Assembly: GCA_963742735.1 (NCBI GenBank)
Contig: CAVUMN010000003.1
Coordinates: 160,001-224,000, forward strand
Reading direction: 5' to 3'
Source of the DNA: an uncultured Actinomycetes bacterium
Lineage (GTDB): Bacteria; Actinomycetota; UBA4738; JBBDTT01
Length of the DNA: 64,000 bases
Position numbers and translations under genes: made by a program
The notes under the pieces: generated by a model
Databases searched by the model: none
Seen by the model: only the letters and a program-made list of their open reading frames with translations
What the model was told of the DNA's origin: nothing
Shown here: positions 35,615 to 45,471 of the stretch, one piece after another
How positions within the stretch are numbered: the stretch's first letter is position 1
Layout of the letters: every line of letters begins with the position of its first letter

Positions 35615-37276
35615 TCACGCCTCCAGGATGAGGGCCCGGAAGCGGTGATACATCAGGGAGCACAGGAGCAGCAGCATCCCCAGTGCGCCGAAGGCGATCA
35701 CGCGATGCGGCGTCGAGAGCAGCCACAGATCGATCGTGGCGACCTTCGAGATCGTGACGATCAGGATCCCCACGCCGACCAGCCGGGCCCGGCGGCGCCG
35801 GGTCAGGACGCCGGCGATCAGCAGTGCGGTCGCGTAAACGCTCCACTCGACCGTGAGGGTGAACTGGACGGCGCTCTCCGCGGACCCGGGGAGGACGCGG
35901 GTCCAGTAGGCCGCGGCCTCGAGCCCGCCCCACAGCAGCGCCAGCAGGTGCGCGCCGACCGATGCGCCGACGCGCAGCGTGCGACCGGTCTCGTCCTCGT
36001 CGTCGCGAAGCAGCCGGGCGAGCACGTGAAGTCCGGCGATCTGGAACAGCAGGGTGATCGACAGGCCCGAGACGATCGGGACGTCCGGGGCGTAATAGGC
36101 GCCCAGGCCGGCCTCGACGAGCAGCGAGTCGCCCAGGGCCAGGGCGAACAGGCCGACGCCGGCGTGGATGGCGACCTTCGAGCCCGATCGGCTCCCCAGG
36201 GCCACCAGCGCGATCGCCTGCACGGTCCAAGCCGCGGCGATCCCGCTTCCCTCGAACTGGATCGGCACGGCCAGGGCCAGGAACCCGCCGCCCAGGACGA
36301 GCATCGCGGCCCCGAGGTTTGCGCGGTCCTTCGATCCGGGCTGCACGGCCATCCCCAGCCCCAGGTGGGCCGCGCCGAGCAGGGCCGTCATCGCGCCACG
36401 CCACGGCTCCAGCCCGTTCACGCCCATCACCGTCATCGAGTACGCCCAGAAGGCGAAGGCGTTCGCGGCCGCGACCGGGGCCTCCTCGTCGTGGGTGCGA
36501 CGGCGGGAGAGCCCCGCGCGGATCACGGGCTGGACCGCGAACAGGGCCCAGAACAGCGCGCCGTACGCGATCGCCGTCCACGCCGTGGTGGAGCTCGCGG
36601 CGACGGCGGCGAAGATCCACGTTCCCGCGAGGGCCAGGCGCTGCACGATCCGCCATGGGCGGAAGGTGACCGTGGTCAGGATGGCCGCGTCGAGGATCGC
36701 CACGAAAGCCAGCACCGGCCCGGGCGACATGGCGTCGCCGATCAGGTACGGAACCAGGAAGCCACCGAACGCGCCGAGGATCGTCAGCGCTTCGGACTCG
36801 TGGCGCCAGGCGAGGGCCACGCCGAGGCCGGCGACGAACGCGAGCCCCCAGAACGCGGTGGGCGCGTCGATGAGCCCGTAGCGCTCGTACGCCGCCCACA
36901 GGGAGAGGTACAGGACGCCGGTCCCGCCCCCGGTGAGCGACTGGGCCAGCGACGACCATTCGTGCCGGCGGGACGCCTCACCGAGCAGGACCAGGACCAT
37001 GCCGAGGATCAGCCCCAGAGCCACGCGGGCGTGGGTCGTGACCAGGCCCTGCTCGACCGCGTAGGAGTAGCCGAACCCGGCCGCCAGGAGCAGCGCCACC
37101 GCGCCGATCCGGGCGAACCAGGTGGCGACGGCGTTGACCTCCTCCTCGGGGTCGCGCGGCGGGACCGCCGGAGGCGGGGGCGGAGGTCTTCGGGCCGCCG
37201 GCGGCGGGGGGGGCGGCAGGTTGGCCGGCGGCGGCGCCGGCGGGAGCTTCGCATTCGTGTACATGAACTCAGCCAT
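35615..37276 (-). CDS. DUF2339-like multi-pass membrane protein
   Basis: Pro-rich N-terminus, WFARIGAVALL, LTGGGTGVLYLS, KVATIDL..RVIAF; GGAGGAG RBS. Confidence 0.85.
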   Translation of the reverse strand: MAEFMYTNAKLPPAPPPANLPPPPPPAARRPPPPPPAVPPRDPEEEVNAVATWFARIGAVALLLAAGFGYSYAVEQGLVTTHARVALGLILGMVLVLLGEASRRHEWSSLAQSLTGGGTGVLYLSLWAAYERYGLIDAPTAFWGLAFVAGLGVALAWRHESEALTILGAFGGFLVPYLIGDAMSPGPVLAFVAILDAAILTTVTFRPWRIVQRLALAGTWIFAAVAASSTTAWTAIAYGALFWALFAVQPVIRAGLSRRRTHDEEAPVAAANAFAFWAYSMTVMGVNGLEPWRGAMTALLGAAHLGLGMAVQPGSKDRANLGAAMLVLGGGFLALAVPIQFEGSGIAAAWTVQAIALVALGSRSGSKVAIHAGVGLFALALGDSLLVEAGLGAYYAPDVPIVSGLSITLLFQIAGLHVLARLLRDDEDETGRTLRVGASVGAHLLALLWGGLEAAAYWTRVLPGSAESAVQFTLTVEWSVYATALLIAGVLTRRRRARLVGVGILIVTISKVATIDLWLLSTPHRVIAFGALGMLLLLCSLMYHRFRALILEA

Positions 37277-37472
37277 CGATATCTCCTCCGATCCCTCGAC
37301 GGAGTGCGCGGAGGTGACGCTCGAGCGGAGTGCCCGCGCACGGGTGGCTGTCCTCCGGTCGAATGAGGAGCTCGTACTCCGGCCGGCCGGGGTCGTCGTC
37401 GTCCACCCACCAGATGCCGCAGACGGGAGCGATCGTCTGCGGGTGCTCAGCCGCGAAGGTCGATGCGCCCAT
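37269..37472 (-). CDS. Small hypothetical protein (67 aa)
   Basis: GGGAGGGAG upstream; overlaps both neighbours in the same orientation. Confidence 0.4.
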   Translation of the reverse strand: MGASTFAAEHPQTIAPVCGIWWVDDDDPGRPEYELLIRPEDSHPCAGTPLERHLRALRRGIGGDIDG

Positions 37473-37695
37473 AGGTCTCTCCCTCCCACACCTCGGCGTG
37501 GCGAACGGACAGCGCGGGGGGGTTCGGCTTCGCCATCCGCGGGGTCGCGTCGCTCGAAGCGACCAGCCCGATCAGGCCGACGGCCATCAGCGAAGCCATG
37601 GCCGTGCCCGCGATCGCCAGAAGCACCTTCAACACGAGACCGAGGTCTCGCCCGAGCTCCGAGACGTCGAGGTCGATGAACGCCAGTGCCTCCAT
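37447..37695 (-). CDS. Small hypothetical membrane protein (82 aa)
   Basis: MEALAFIDLDVSELGRDLGLVLKVLLAIAGTAMASLMAVGLIGLV, one hydrophobic helix; fills gap after promoter region. Confidence 0.45.
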   Translation of the reverse strand: MEALAFIDLDVSELGRDLGLVLKVLLAIAGTAMASLMAVGLIGLVASSDATPRMAKPNPPALSVRHAEVWEGETYGRIDLRG

Positions 37696-37796
37696 GGATC
37701 CAAGGATGCGGTCCGAGCGCGGCGTGCGGTAGTCGGATTCGGACCCAAACGCGCAGGTCAAGTGCCCTAATTGCGTCTGGGTAGTTCCGGCAATCC

Positions 37797-38465
37797 CTAC
37801 TCGGGGGCTCGGTCGAGGCCCTTCTGGATCGCGTAGCGCATCAGCTCGTAGCGCCGGCGCATCTGGAGCTTGGCGAGGATGTTCTGCACGTGGTTCTGCA
37901 CGGTCTTCACCGAGACGAAGAGCTTCTCGGCGATCTCCTTGTAGGCGTAGCCCTTCGCGACGAGCACGAGGACCTCGTTTTCCCGCGGCGTGAGGCGTGG
38001 CTCGTTCGACGTCGCCTCGCCGCCGCCGGCGACCCGGCGGAACTCGTCCAGCACCAGCCCCGCCAGCGACGGCGTGAACACGGGCTCGCCGCCTCGGACA
38101 CGGCGGATGGCATCGACGACCTCCTCGCCGGTGGAGCTCTTCAGCAGGTAGCCGGACGCGCCGGCCTTCACGGCCTCCAGCACGTCGGCCTCCTCGCCCG
38201 AGGCGGACAGCACCAGCACACGGACGTGGGGCGATTCCTCGACGATCTGGCGCGTGGCCTCGACGCCGCTCACCGTCGGCAGGTTCAGGTCCATCACCAC
38301 CACTTCCGGCATCGACTCTCGAGCCGCCTCGATGGCCTCGCCGCCGTCGGAGGCCTCGGCGACGATCTCCGCGACGCCCGCTGCCTCCAGGTCGGCCCGC
38401 ACGCCGTCGCGCCACAGCGGATGGTCGTCGACGAGCATCACGCGGATCGGCTCCGTGGCGCTCAT
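37797..38465 (-). CDS. NarL-family response regulator
   Basis: LVDDHP, VMDLNLP, YLLKS, LTPRENEVL..KTVQNHVQNILAKL. Confidence 0.95.
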   Translation of the reverse strand: MSATEPIRVMLVDDHPLWRDGVRADLEAAGVAEIVAEASDGGEAIEAARESMPEVVVMDLNLPTVSGVEATRQIVEESPHVRVLVLSASGEEADVLEAVKAGASGYLLKSSTGEEVVDAIRRVRGGEPVFTPSLAGLVLDEFRRVAGGGEATSNEPRLTPRENEVLVLVAKGYAYKEIAEKLFVSVKTVQNHVQNILAKLQMRRRYELMRYAIQKGLDRAPE

Positions 38466-39673
38466 GGCGTCGACGTCTCCGGGACGCGCAGCTCGAGCTC
38501 GGTGCCCTCGCCGGGCGCGGTGGTGATGCGCACGTCGCCCCCGAGGTCCGTGATCCGTCCCATCACGCTTTTCAGGATGCCGCCCCGGCCGTCCGCGCGC
38601 AGCTTCTCAGGATCCATCACGAACCCGGCGCCGTCGTCGCGCACGTTCACCGAGATCCAGCCGTCCGCGGCCTCCGCGAACACCGTCGCCCGTGAGGCTT
38701 GCGCGTGGGTCTCCACGTTGGCAAGCGCCTGGCCCACCGCGGCGACGATCTCGGTGACCATCCCGCCCGGCAGCCAGATGGGCCCGACGGTGCTCACGGT
38801 TACCGGCACACCGTGGACCTCGCGGGCGGCCGTCTCCAGCGCGTCCCGCAGCGAGGTCGTGCCGCCGCCGGGAGCCGGCTCCGGCGAGCGCAGCAGCAGC
38901 TCGCGCAGGGCCCGCTCCTGATCCCCGGCCGTCTGTGCCAGCGCGAGCACCTCGTCGGGCTGGACCGACCCACGCGCTCCCAGCTCGCGGCCCCGCTTGT
39001 GGACCAGGGCCAGGGCCTGCAGCACGGAGTCGTGGATCTCGCGCGCGAGCAACTCCCGCTCCGCGTAGCGGGCCGCGCGTTCGCGCTCCCGGATGGCCTG
39101 CTTCGTGGCGGCGCGGAGCTCGGCGGACGAGCGATCGAGCAGCCGGGAGATCACCCCCGTCGCACCGCCGGCCAACAGCATGTAGATCATGCCGTTGGCG
39201 ACCTGCTGGATCTGGTTCGCGTCGAGCTCGTCCAGGGGGAGGCCGTTCAGGGGCCTGCTGGCCAGGAGCGCCGCGGCGAGGACGGCGCCGACGATCACCC
39301 CCGGGCCGGGGCCGCGCTCAGCTCCCCAGGTCAGCGCGGCCGAGGCCGGATACATGGTCGCCACGAACGGCCGCGGCCCGGAGACCTCGCCTTCGCCGAC
39401 CAGGAGCGCCGACATGACGATGAGCCCGATCGCGATCCCGAGGTCGGCCCACCGGTCGGCGGGCGAGAGGGGTCCGCGAACGAAGGTGAGTCGGATCGTC
39501 CACAGCCCGGCGACCCCGAGCGTCGCCCACAGCAGACCGGGCCGCTCGAACGGTCCGCCGGTCAGGGCGAGCACGAACATCCACGCCAGCGCTCCCCAGC
39601 GGAACACGAGGATTCCGGCGGCGAGCGTGCGGCGGGCCCGCTCCGGCTCGGTGGGTTGAGCGCTCTCGCGCAT
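38462..39673 (-). CDS. Membrane sensor histidine kinase (HisKA_3, MacS-like)
   Basis: AREIHDSVLQAL, QALANVETHA, RDDGAGF. Confidence 0.93.
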   Translation of the reverse strand: MRESAQPTEPERARRTLAAGILVFRWGALAWMFVLALTGGPFERPGLLWATLGVAGLWTIRLTFVRGPLSPADRWADLGIAIGLIVMSALLVGEGEVSGPRPFVATMYPASAALTWGAERGPGPGVIVGAVLAAALLASRPLNGLPLDELDANQIQQVANGMIYMLLAGGATGVISRLLDRSSAELRAATKQAIRERERAARYAERELLAREIHDSVLQALALVHKRGRELGARGSVQPDEVLALAQTAGDQERALRELLLRSPEPAPGGGTTSLRDALETAAREVHGVPVTVSTVGPIWLPGGMVTEIVAAVGQALANVETHAQASRATVFAEAADGWISVNVRDDGAGFVMDPEKLRADGRGGILKSVMGRITDLGGDVRITTAPGEGTELELRVPETSTP

Positions 39674-39718
39674 TCGATCGTTACCCTATCCCGCGATGCG
39701 AGCCCAGACGACGATCGC

Positions 39719-40495
39719 GTGAGGGGTCCCGCCGGCGTCCTCGCGCTGGTGCTGGCCGAGACCACGGCCGGCGCCGTCGCGTTCCTCTGGTTGGCGCCGC
39801 TGTGGGGGAAGGTCCGCCGGGGGTTCTTCGTCCTGACCGGCGCGATCCTGGTCGGGCTGGGCCTCGCGGCGTGGGGATCCGCTGCCGCGGCGACCGATCC
39901 CGGGGGCTCCATCGCGCCCCAGACGAGCCTGCTGATCCTCTCGGGGGCCACGGCCGTGTGGACCCTGCTGCTGTCGATCCGGCGTGACGCGATCGGGCGA
40001 TGGATGGGCCTGGCCACGGTGCCCGTGGCCCTGTGGTCCATCGTGGCGTTCGCGTCGGCGGGCGAGGGGTCGAGCGCGGTCGCGATCTTCCAGCTCGCGG
40101 CCGGCGCGGCGTTCATGGGTGCGGTCCTCGACGGCCTCCTGCTCGGGCACTGGTACCTGGTGGACCGAGGGCTGGCCCGAGGCCCGATCAACTTCTACGC
40201 GCGATCGCTGCTGGTGGCCGTCGTCCTGGAGGTCGTCGCGGTGGCCATGGAGGGCTTCGGCCAGATCGAGGCCGGCGCGGAGTTCTCCTCGCTCCTGTCC
40301 GCGGCGGGGGTGGCGTCGTATCTGGCGCTCGGGATGGTGCTGGCGACCGCACTGATCGCCGTGATGATCCGGCTGGTCCTCAAGGGGGAGCGGTCCTCGG
40401 CCGTGCAGGCCGCCACGGGGTTCTTCTACCTCGCGGTGATCACCGCGTTCGCCGGCGAGGTCGCGGCGAAGATCAGGTTCCTCCCCCGGGTGTGA
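39719..40495 (+). CDS. Hypothetical multi-pass membrane protein
   Basis: About 8 TM segments; DGLLLGHWYLV and AATGFFYLAVI motifs; start approximate. Confidence 0.75.
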   Translation: MRGPAGVLALVLAETTAGAVAFLWLAPLWGKVRRGFFVLTGAILVGLGLAAWGSAAAATDPGGSIAPQTSLLILSGATAVWTLLLSIRRDAIGRWMGLATVPVALWSIVAFASAGEGSSAVAIFQLAAGAAFMGAVLDGLLLGHWYLVDRGLARGPINFYARSLLVAVVLEVVAVAMEGFGQIEAGAEFSSLLSAAGVASYLALGMVLATALIAVMIRLVLKGERSSAVQAATGFFYLAVITAFAGEVAAKIRFLPRV

Positions 40496-41106
40496 TGCGC
40501 GCCCTGGTGATGGCCGGCGGCGCGGTGAGCGTGGTCCTGGCGTGGCGGTTCGTGTCCGGTGGAGGCTCGCTGTGGTGGTCGACGGCGATCGTCAACGGGA
40601 CCTTGGGCATGCTGGGGCTGGTCCTCGGGTCGTTCGAGGCGTCTCCGGGCCTGCACCCGTTCATCGCGGGGATGCTCGGGATCGGCCTCGGTTGCGCGAT
40701 GTGGGCGGCCACACGGGCCTTCGTGTGGATGGCCGGGCGGTGGCCGCCGTTCGCGCGCCACACCAAGGACCTCTACGACCAGCGAGCGGGTCTCTCCCTG
40801 GCGGCCGCCGTCACGATCGCCGCCGTCGTGGTGGCGCCGGGCGAGGAGCTGTTCTGGCGCGGGCTGTTCCAGTCGGAGCTCGCGCAGGAGACGACCAGGA
40901 CGTCGGCGGCGCTGCTCACCTGGGCCGCCTACGCGCTGGCGAACGCGGCGAGCTTCCGGCTGCCGATCATCGCCGGTGGGATCGTGGGCGGCGCGGTGTG
41001 GGGAGCGTTGGCTTGGTGCACCGAGGGGGTCATGGCGTCGATCGCCTGCCATGTGGTGTGGACGGGGATGATGCTCGTGGCCCCGCCGCGCCAGGCCCGA
41101 ACGTGA
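40495..41106 (+). CDS. CPBP (CAAX/Abi) family intramembrane protease
   Basis: GEELFWRG motif 1 and CHVVWT motif; hydrophobic. Confidence 0.85.
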   Translation: MRALVMAGGAVSVVLAWRFVSGGGSLWWSTAIVNGTLGMLGLVLGSFEASPGLHPFIAGMLGIGLGCAMWAATRAFVWMAGRWPPFARHTKDLYDQRAGLSLAAAVTIAAVVVAPGEELFWRGLFQSELAQETTRTSAALLTWAAYALANAASFRLPIIAGGIVGGAVWGALAWCTEGVMASIACHVVWTGMMLVAPPRQART

Positions 41107-41973
41107 AGCTCTCGAAGGAGGCACGCCGGGTCCTGGCCGAGGGGACGTTCTGTTCGATCGCGGCGCGGACCCCGGCCGGGCCGCACCTGACGCCGGTGGT
41201 CTACGTGGCCGACGGCCGGCGCATCTGGCTGACCACCGCGCGCACCTCCGGTGAAGGCACGGGCGTGGCGGGAGGACGAGAGGACGGCGGGACTGATCGT
41301 CCACGAGGGCCTGGCCGTCGCGTTCCGCGGGGACGTCCGCATGTTCGACCTGCTGGATCCGAAGACGTGGGGACCCTCGGCGGCGCGGAGCCCGATCATC
41401 ACTCGGGCGGCGGCTCGGTTCACCCTCAAGAACGCGCGTTTCTTCGCCGGCTACGCCCGCGACGCCCATCGGGTTCCGCTGTCGTGGACGCCGCCGGCGC
41501 GGGTGTTCGCGTCGGTCGAGCTCGACTCGGCGGCGCTGCTCGATCTCGGCGAGGGAACCGTCCTGGAACGGGTGGGGGAGTGGCCCGGCGAGGCCCCGCG
41601 CTCGAGCACCGCCCGGCGCCGTCCCGGACGGGACGATCCGCTCGCCGGCGTTCCCGAAGACGTCCGCCGGGCCGTCGCCCGCGAGGGCGACGGGGCGCTG
41701 GCCCTGGGTGCGGCCGTGCTGCCGTGTCATTGGCGGACGAACGAGGGGCTCCTCGAGGCCGCCGCGAGCTCGGAGCACCTCCAGCTGTGCGGGTCCGTGA
41801 CGGGGGGCCGGGCGGCGATCGCGGGGCAGCGTCCGTCGGCGTGGCGTGCCCGCGAGATGCGCGGCTTCCTCGCGCAGGGCCGGGTTCGGGTCCGACGGGC
41901 CGGGCCGGTGGAGCTCGAGCCGGAGCGCGTGGTGTGGTGGCACGGCTGGGCGACGGGTACGGTGGGCCGGTGA
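41103..41973 (+). pseudogene. Pyridoxamine 5'-phosphate oxidase-like protein interrupted by a one-base insertion
   Basis: GPHLTPVVY..IWLTTARTS then extra G at 41250, then VKARAWRED in the next frame. Confidence 0.75.
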
Positions 41974-42437
41974 GCCACATCCGGGTAGCGGTGAACGTCG
42001 ACGCGCCGCGACAGCTCGTCTGGGAGGTCGTCGCCGACCCGCGCAACCTGCCGGACTGGGACCGCCACGTCGTCTCGGTGAGGGACGTCCCCGAGGGAGG
42101 GCTCAAGGCGGGCACCAGCTACGTCACGGAGATCGCCGTCTTCAGGGTCAAGTCGCGGGTGGACGCGTTCGTGAAGGAGGTTCGTCCGCCGGAGTACGCG
42201 GAGATCGAGCTGATCGGCGCGCCGCTTCGGGCGACCGTGCGGACCACCCTCACGGAGCTCAGCCAGGACCGGACCCGGCTGGAGCAGGATGTCGAGTACC
42301 ACGTCCGCGGCGGTCCGCTGGGGGAGGTCCTCGGACGGGCGCTTCGAGTCCTCGGGGCCGAGGCGATCCTTCGCCGGGGGGTCGAGGGTCAGAAGCGCCA
42401 GGCCGAGGAGCACGCCCGCAAGGTCGGTGGCTGGTAG
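41970..42437 (+). CDS. SRPBCC (polyketide cyclase/dehydrase-like) protein
   Basis: VDAPRQLVWEVVADPRNLPDW, GGPLGEVL. Confidence 0.88.
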   Translation: MSHIRVAVNVDAPRQLVWEVVADPRNLPDWDRHVVSVRDVPEGGLKAGTSYVTEIAVFRVKSRVDAFVKEVRPPEYAEIELIGAPLRATVRTTLTELSQDRTRLEQDVEYHVRGGPLGEVLGRALRVLGAEAILRRGVEGQKRQAEEHARKVGGW

Positions 42438-42440
42438 CGC

Positions 42441-43076
42441 CTAGAGGACGACCGAGACCGAGAGGCCGTCCCCGACGGGGACGACGTGGGACACGAGCCC
42501 GGGGTCCTCGAAGATCCGGCGGTTGAACTCCCGGACCGCGTCGGTGGAGGGCTCGCGAACCGACGGATCCGAGACGGTGCCCTGCCACAGGACGTTGTCC
42601 GCGCAGATCAGGCCGCCGCGCCGGACGAGTCGCCGGGCGTGATCCAGGTAGTCCGGGTACTCGGACTTCACCGCGTCCATGAAGCACAGGTCGTACGGCC
42701 CCTCGAGCCCCGGCAGGACGTCGAGCGCCGCCCCGAGCCGGATCTCCACCTGCTCATCGACGCCCGCGGCTTCGTAGTTCGTCCGGCAGACCGCCGCGTT
42801 CTCCTCGCTGAGCTCGATCGTCTCCAGCCGGCCGCCCTCGGCGAGGCCGCGGGCGATCCATATGCCGGAGTAGCCGGCGCCGGCCCCGACCTCGAGCGCC
42901 CGGGTCGCGCCGACCAGACGGACCAGGATCTCCAGCAGGCGTCCGGCCTCGGGAGAGATGCTGGGCCGACCCGGTACCGACCGCGCGTCGGCGTACGCCC
43001 GCTCGAGGACGGGGTCCTGTCCGAGCAGATCCCGTATGTAGGCGAGGTCGCGTTCGTGATCGCGGGGCGACTCCAT
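42441..43076 (-). CDS. O-methyltransferase (COMT/caffeoyl-CoA family)
   Basis: LEVGAGAGYSG, FMDAVKSEY, ADNVLWQG, VGDGL; start may be GTG at 43100. Confidence 0.92.
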   Translation of the reverse strand: MESPRDHERDLAYIRDLLGQDPVLERAYADARSVPGRPSISPEAGRLLEILVRLVGATRALEVGAGAGYSGIWIARGLAEGGRLETIELSEENAAVCRTNYEAAGVDEQVEIRLGAALDVLPGLEGPYDLCFMDAVKSEYPDYLDHARRLVRRGGLICADNVLWQGTVSDPSVREPSTDAVREFNRRIFEDPGLVSHVVPVGDGLSVSVVL

Positions 43077-43096
43077 CGCCTCGGGAGGGCGGCGGC

Positions 43097-43471
43097 TCAC
43101 TCGCCGGGGGGTCGTTGCCGGCGGTCCCCGCGGCCGGGCTTCGCCTCGGCCTCCGCCTCGCGGATGAGCCGGCGATGCACCTTCGAGGGACGCCCGAGCA
43201 GGTACCCGACCATGCCTCCGATCAGGCCGCAGACCAGGAACACCCAGATCAGGCGGGCGTCCGCGGTGACGAACACGAAGTCGACACCGTTGCTCTCGGA
43301 GACGGGCTTCGAGTTCCGGATGATGAACAGGATGAACAGCACCACCAGCACGAGGGCCACGACGATCTTGCCGAGCCGCGAGCGGCGGGCCTTGTCCAGC
43401 TCGCGCATGTGCTGAGCTCGTTCGCCCGGCGTTCCTCCGGCGGGGTGCTCGGCTCGCTCCTCGTCGCCCAT
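43097..43471 (-). CDS. LapA/DUF1049-like small membrane protein
   Basis: Two TM helices separated by FIIRNS..VDFVF; GAGGAGG RBS. Confidence 0.75.
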   Translation of the reverse strand: MGDEERAEHPAGGTPGERAQHMRELDKARRSRLGKIVVALVLVVLFILFIIRNSKPVSESNGVDFVFVTADARLIWVFLVCGLIGGMVGYLLGRPSKVHRRLIREAEAEAKPGRGDRRQRPPGE

Positions 43472-43531
43472 CGTGCCCTCCTCGATCGTGGTCCGGGCGA
43501 TTGTGGCACGGGCCTCGGTAGGCTACCGGCC

Positions 43532-44140
43532 ATGTCACGACGGGGGTTGGGGGGCGCCGCGCTCGCCGCGGCCGCCGCGTTCGGGGTCGCCGCCGTCACG
43601 GCGCGGGGGAAGCTCCGCGAGCTCGACGACGGGCTGTTCAAGCGCGTGAACCGCGAGCGCGGCCCGATGGCCGATCGGGTTTTCGACCGGGTGACCGATC
43701 TCGGCTCGTTCTGGGCCGCCCTGGGCGCCGCGGCGGCGATCGCGGGGACCGGCCGCCGCCGGGCCGCCGCCGACGCGCTCGCCGCGGCGTCGGGCGCCTG
43801 GCTCCTGGGGCAGGGCGTCAAGAAGCTCTTCGGGCGGGCGAGGCCGTACGACGCGATGACGGAGATGCGGCTCCTCGTCGGCCGTCAGATGGGCACGTCG
43901 TGGCCCAGCAGCCACCCGCTGGTGTTCACGGCGTTCGCCACCGTGGCCGCGCGCGACCTGGAGGTAGGCCGCGGCGGGCGAGCCGTCCTCGGCGGGGTCT
44001 CGGGCCTGGTGGCGTACTCGCGGGTCCACGTGGGCGTGCACTACCCCTCGGACGTCGTCGGCGGCGTCCTGCTCGGCCGAGCCTTCGGCCGGGCCTGGGC
44101 GGCGCTCCTCTCGCCGGCCCTTGCCGGGGACGGCCGCTAG
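43532..44140 (+). CDS. PAP2 family phosphatase
   Basis: KKLFGRARP, SWPSSH, SRVHVGVHYPSD. Confidence 0.93.
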   Translation: MSRRGLGGAALAAAAAFGVAAVTARGKLRELDDGLFKRVNRERGPMADRVFDRVTDLGSFWAALGAAAAIAGTGRRRAAADALAAASGAWLLGQGVKKLFGRARPYDAMTEMRLLVGRQMGTSWPSSHPLVFTAFATVAARDLEVGRGGRAVLGGVSGLVAYSRVHVGVHYPSDVVGGVLLGRAFGRAWAALLSPALAGDGR

Positions 44141-44151
44141 ACTCGCCCGCC

Positions 44152-45471
44152 ATGGACGCCGTCGCCGCGATCGGCTGGGAGGTCCTCGACCGCTTCGACC
44201 TTGGGCCGCTGCGGATGTCCCCGCACGGGGTGGGGATCGCCCTCGGGTATCTCGCCGGGTCCTGGTGGCTCCTGCGGGAGGGCAAGGTGCGCGGCCTGAA
44301 CGAGGACGACATCTCCTCGGTCCTGCTCCGGGCGTTGATCGGGGCGATCCTGGGGGCCCGCTTCTTCTACGTCCTCGCCCACTTCTCGGAGTTCGACACC
44401 TACGTCGACATGCTCAAGATCTGGCAGGGCGGGATCAGCCTGATCGGCGGGATCTTCGGCGCGATCATCGCCGCGTACCCGTTCATGCGGAAGCACCGGA
44501 TGGGCTTCCTGCGCACGATGGACTCGGCCGCGATCGGCCTCGCCTTCGGGATCCTGTTCGGCCGGGTGGGGGATCTGATCATCGGCGACCACCTCGGGAA
44601 GCCGACGTCGTGGCTGCTGGCGTTCGTCTACAAGGGTGGGAACCTCAGCGGCTACGACTGCTCGATCGCCGACGTGTGCCGCACGACGCTGTCGGGCGAC
44701 CACACGCAGATCATCCAGGCGAGCCGGGCGGAGCTCCTGAACCCGGCCCACGAGGTCATCCAGAGCGGGATCGGCGTGCACCAGACCGCTCTGTACGACT
44801 TCATCAGCACCTTCTTCCTGTTCGGCCTGCTCGTTTGGCTCTCGCGCAAGAGCCATCGGCAGGGCTTCATGATCGCGGTCTTCGCGCTGTGGTACGGGGC
44901 GATGCGGATCGTCACCGACTTCCTCCGTGTGGACAAGCGGTTCTTCGGCCTCACCGGAAGCCAGTGGGCGAGCGTGGCCGTCGCGTCGATCGCCGCCTTC
45001 GCCCTGCTGAAGTGGATGCGCGCGGGCCGCATCGAGGCGTCCTCCGACGCGGCGACCGGCGCCGACGTCCTGGCAGCGGTGGCCGGCCCCGCGCCCCCGC
45101 CGGCCGCGCCCGTCGCGACCACGGAGGCGCCGGGAGAGCCGACGGTCGTGGAGCCGTCCGCCGCCGAGCCGTCCGTCGTGCAAGAGGAACCGGAGCGACC
45201 GCCGCCCGGGCCCGAACCCGAACGGCCGATCCCCGGACACGAGCCCGGCCCGGAACCGCCGCAGCCGCAGCTGCAGCCCGAGACGTCGCCCGGAGCGACA
45301 CGAGAGGCGACGAGCGAGGCGGCCACCGAGGCGACAAGCGAGGCGGCCACCGGGGAGGCCACCGAGGCGGCCGAACCGGATGCCCCGGCCGAGTCGCGGG
45401 ACGTGCCACGGGACGCGCCGTCGGACTCGGTCACGACGTTCACGCCCCCTCCGGATCCGACCTCGACCTAG
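44152..45471 (+). CDS. lgt: Prolipoprotein diacylglyceryl transferase with low-complexity C-terminal tail
   Basis: GARFFYV, KIWQGGISLIGG, FGRVGD, HQTALYD, YGAMRIVTDFLR. Confidence 0.9.
   Translation: MDAVAAIGWEVLDRFDLGPLRMSPHGVGIALGYLAGSWWLLREGKVRGLNEDDISSVLLRALIGAILGARFFYVLAHFSEFDTYVDMLKIWQGGISLIGGIFGAIIAAYPFMRKHRMGFLRTMDSAAIGLAFGILFGRVGDLIIGDHLGKPTSWLLAFVYKGGNLSGYDCSIADVCRTTLSGDHTQIIQASRAELLNPAHEVIQSGIGVHQTALYDFISTFFLFGLLVWLSRKSHRQGFMIAVFALWYGAMRIVTDFLRVDKRFFGLTGSQWASVAVASIAAFALLKWMRAGRIEASSDAATGADVLAAVAGPAPPPAAPVATTEAPGEPTVVEPSAAEPSVVQEEPERPPPGPEPERPIPGHEPGPEPPQPQLQPETSPGATREATSEAATEATSEAATGEATEAAEPDAPAESRDVPRDAPSDSVTTFTPPPDPTST
45304..45351 (+). repeat. 24-bp tandem repeat (EATSEAAT x2) in the Lgt tail
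   Basis: GAGGCGACGAGCGAGGCGGCCACC followed by GAGGCGACAAGCGAGGCGGCCACC. Confidence 0.8.
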
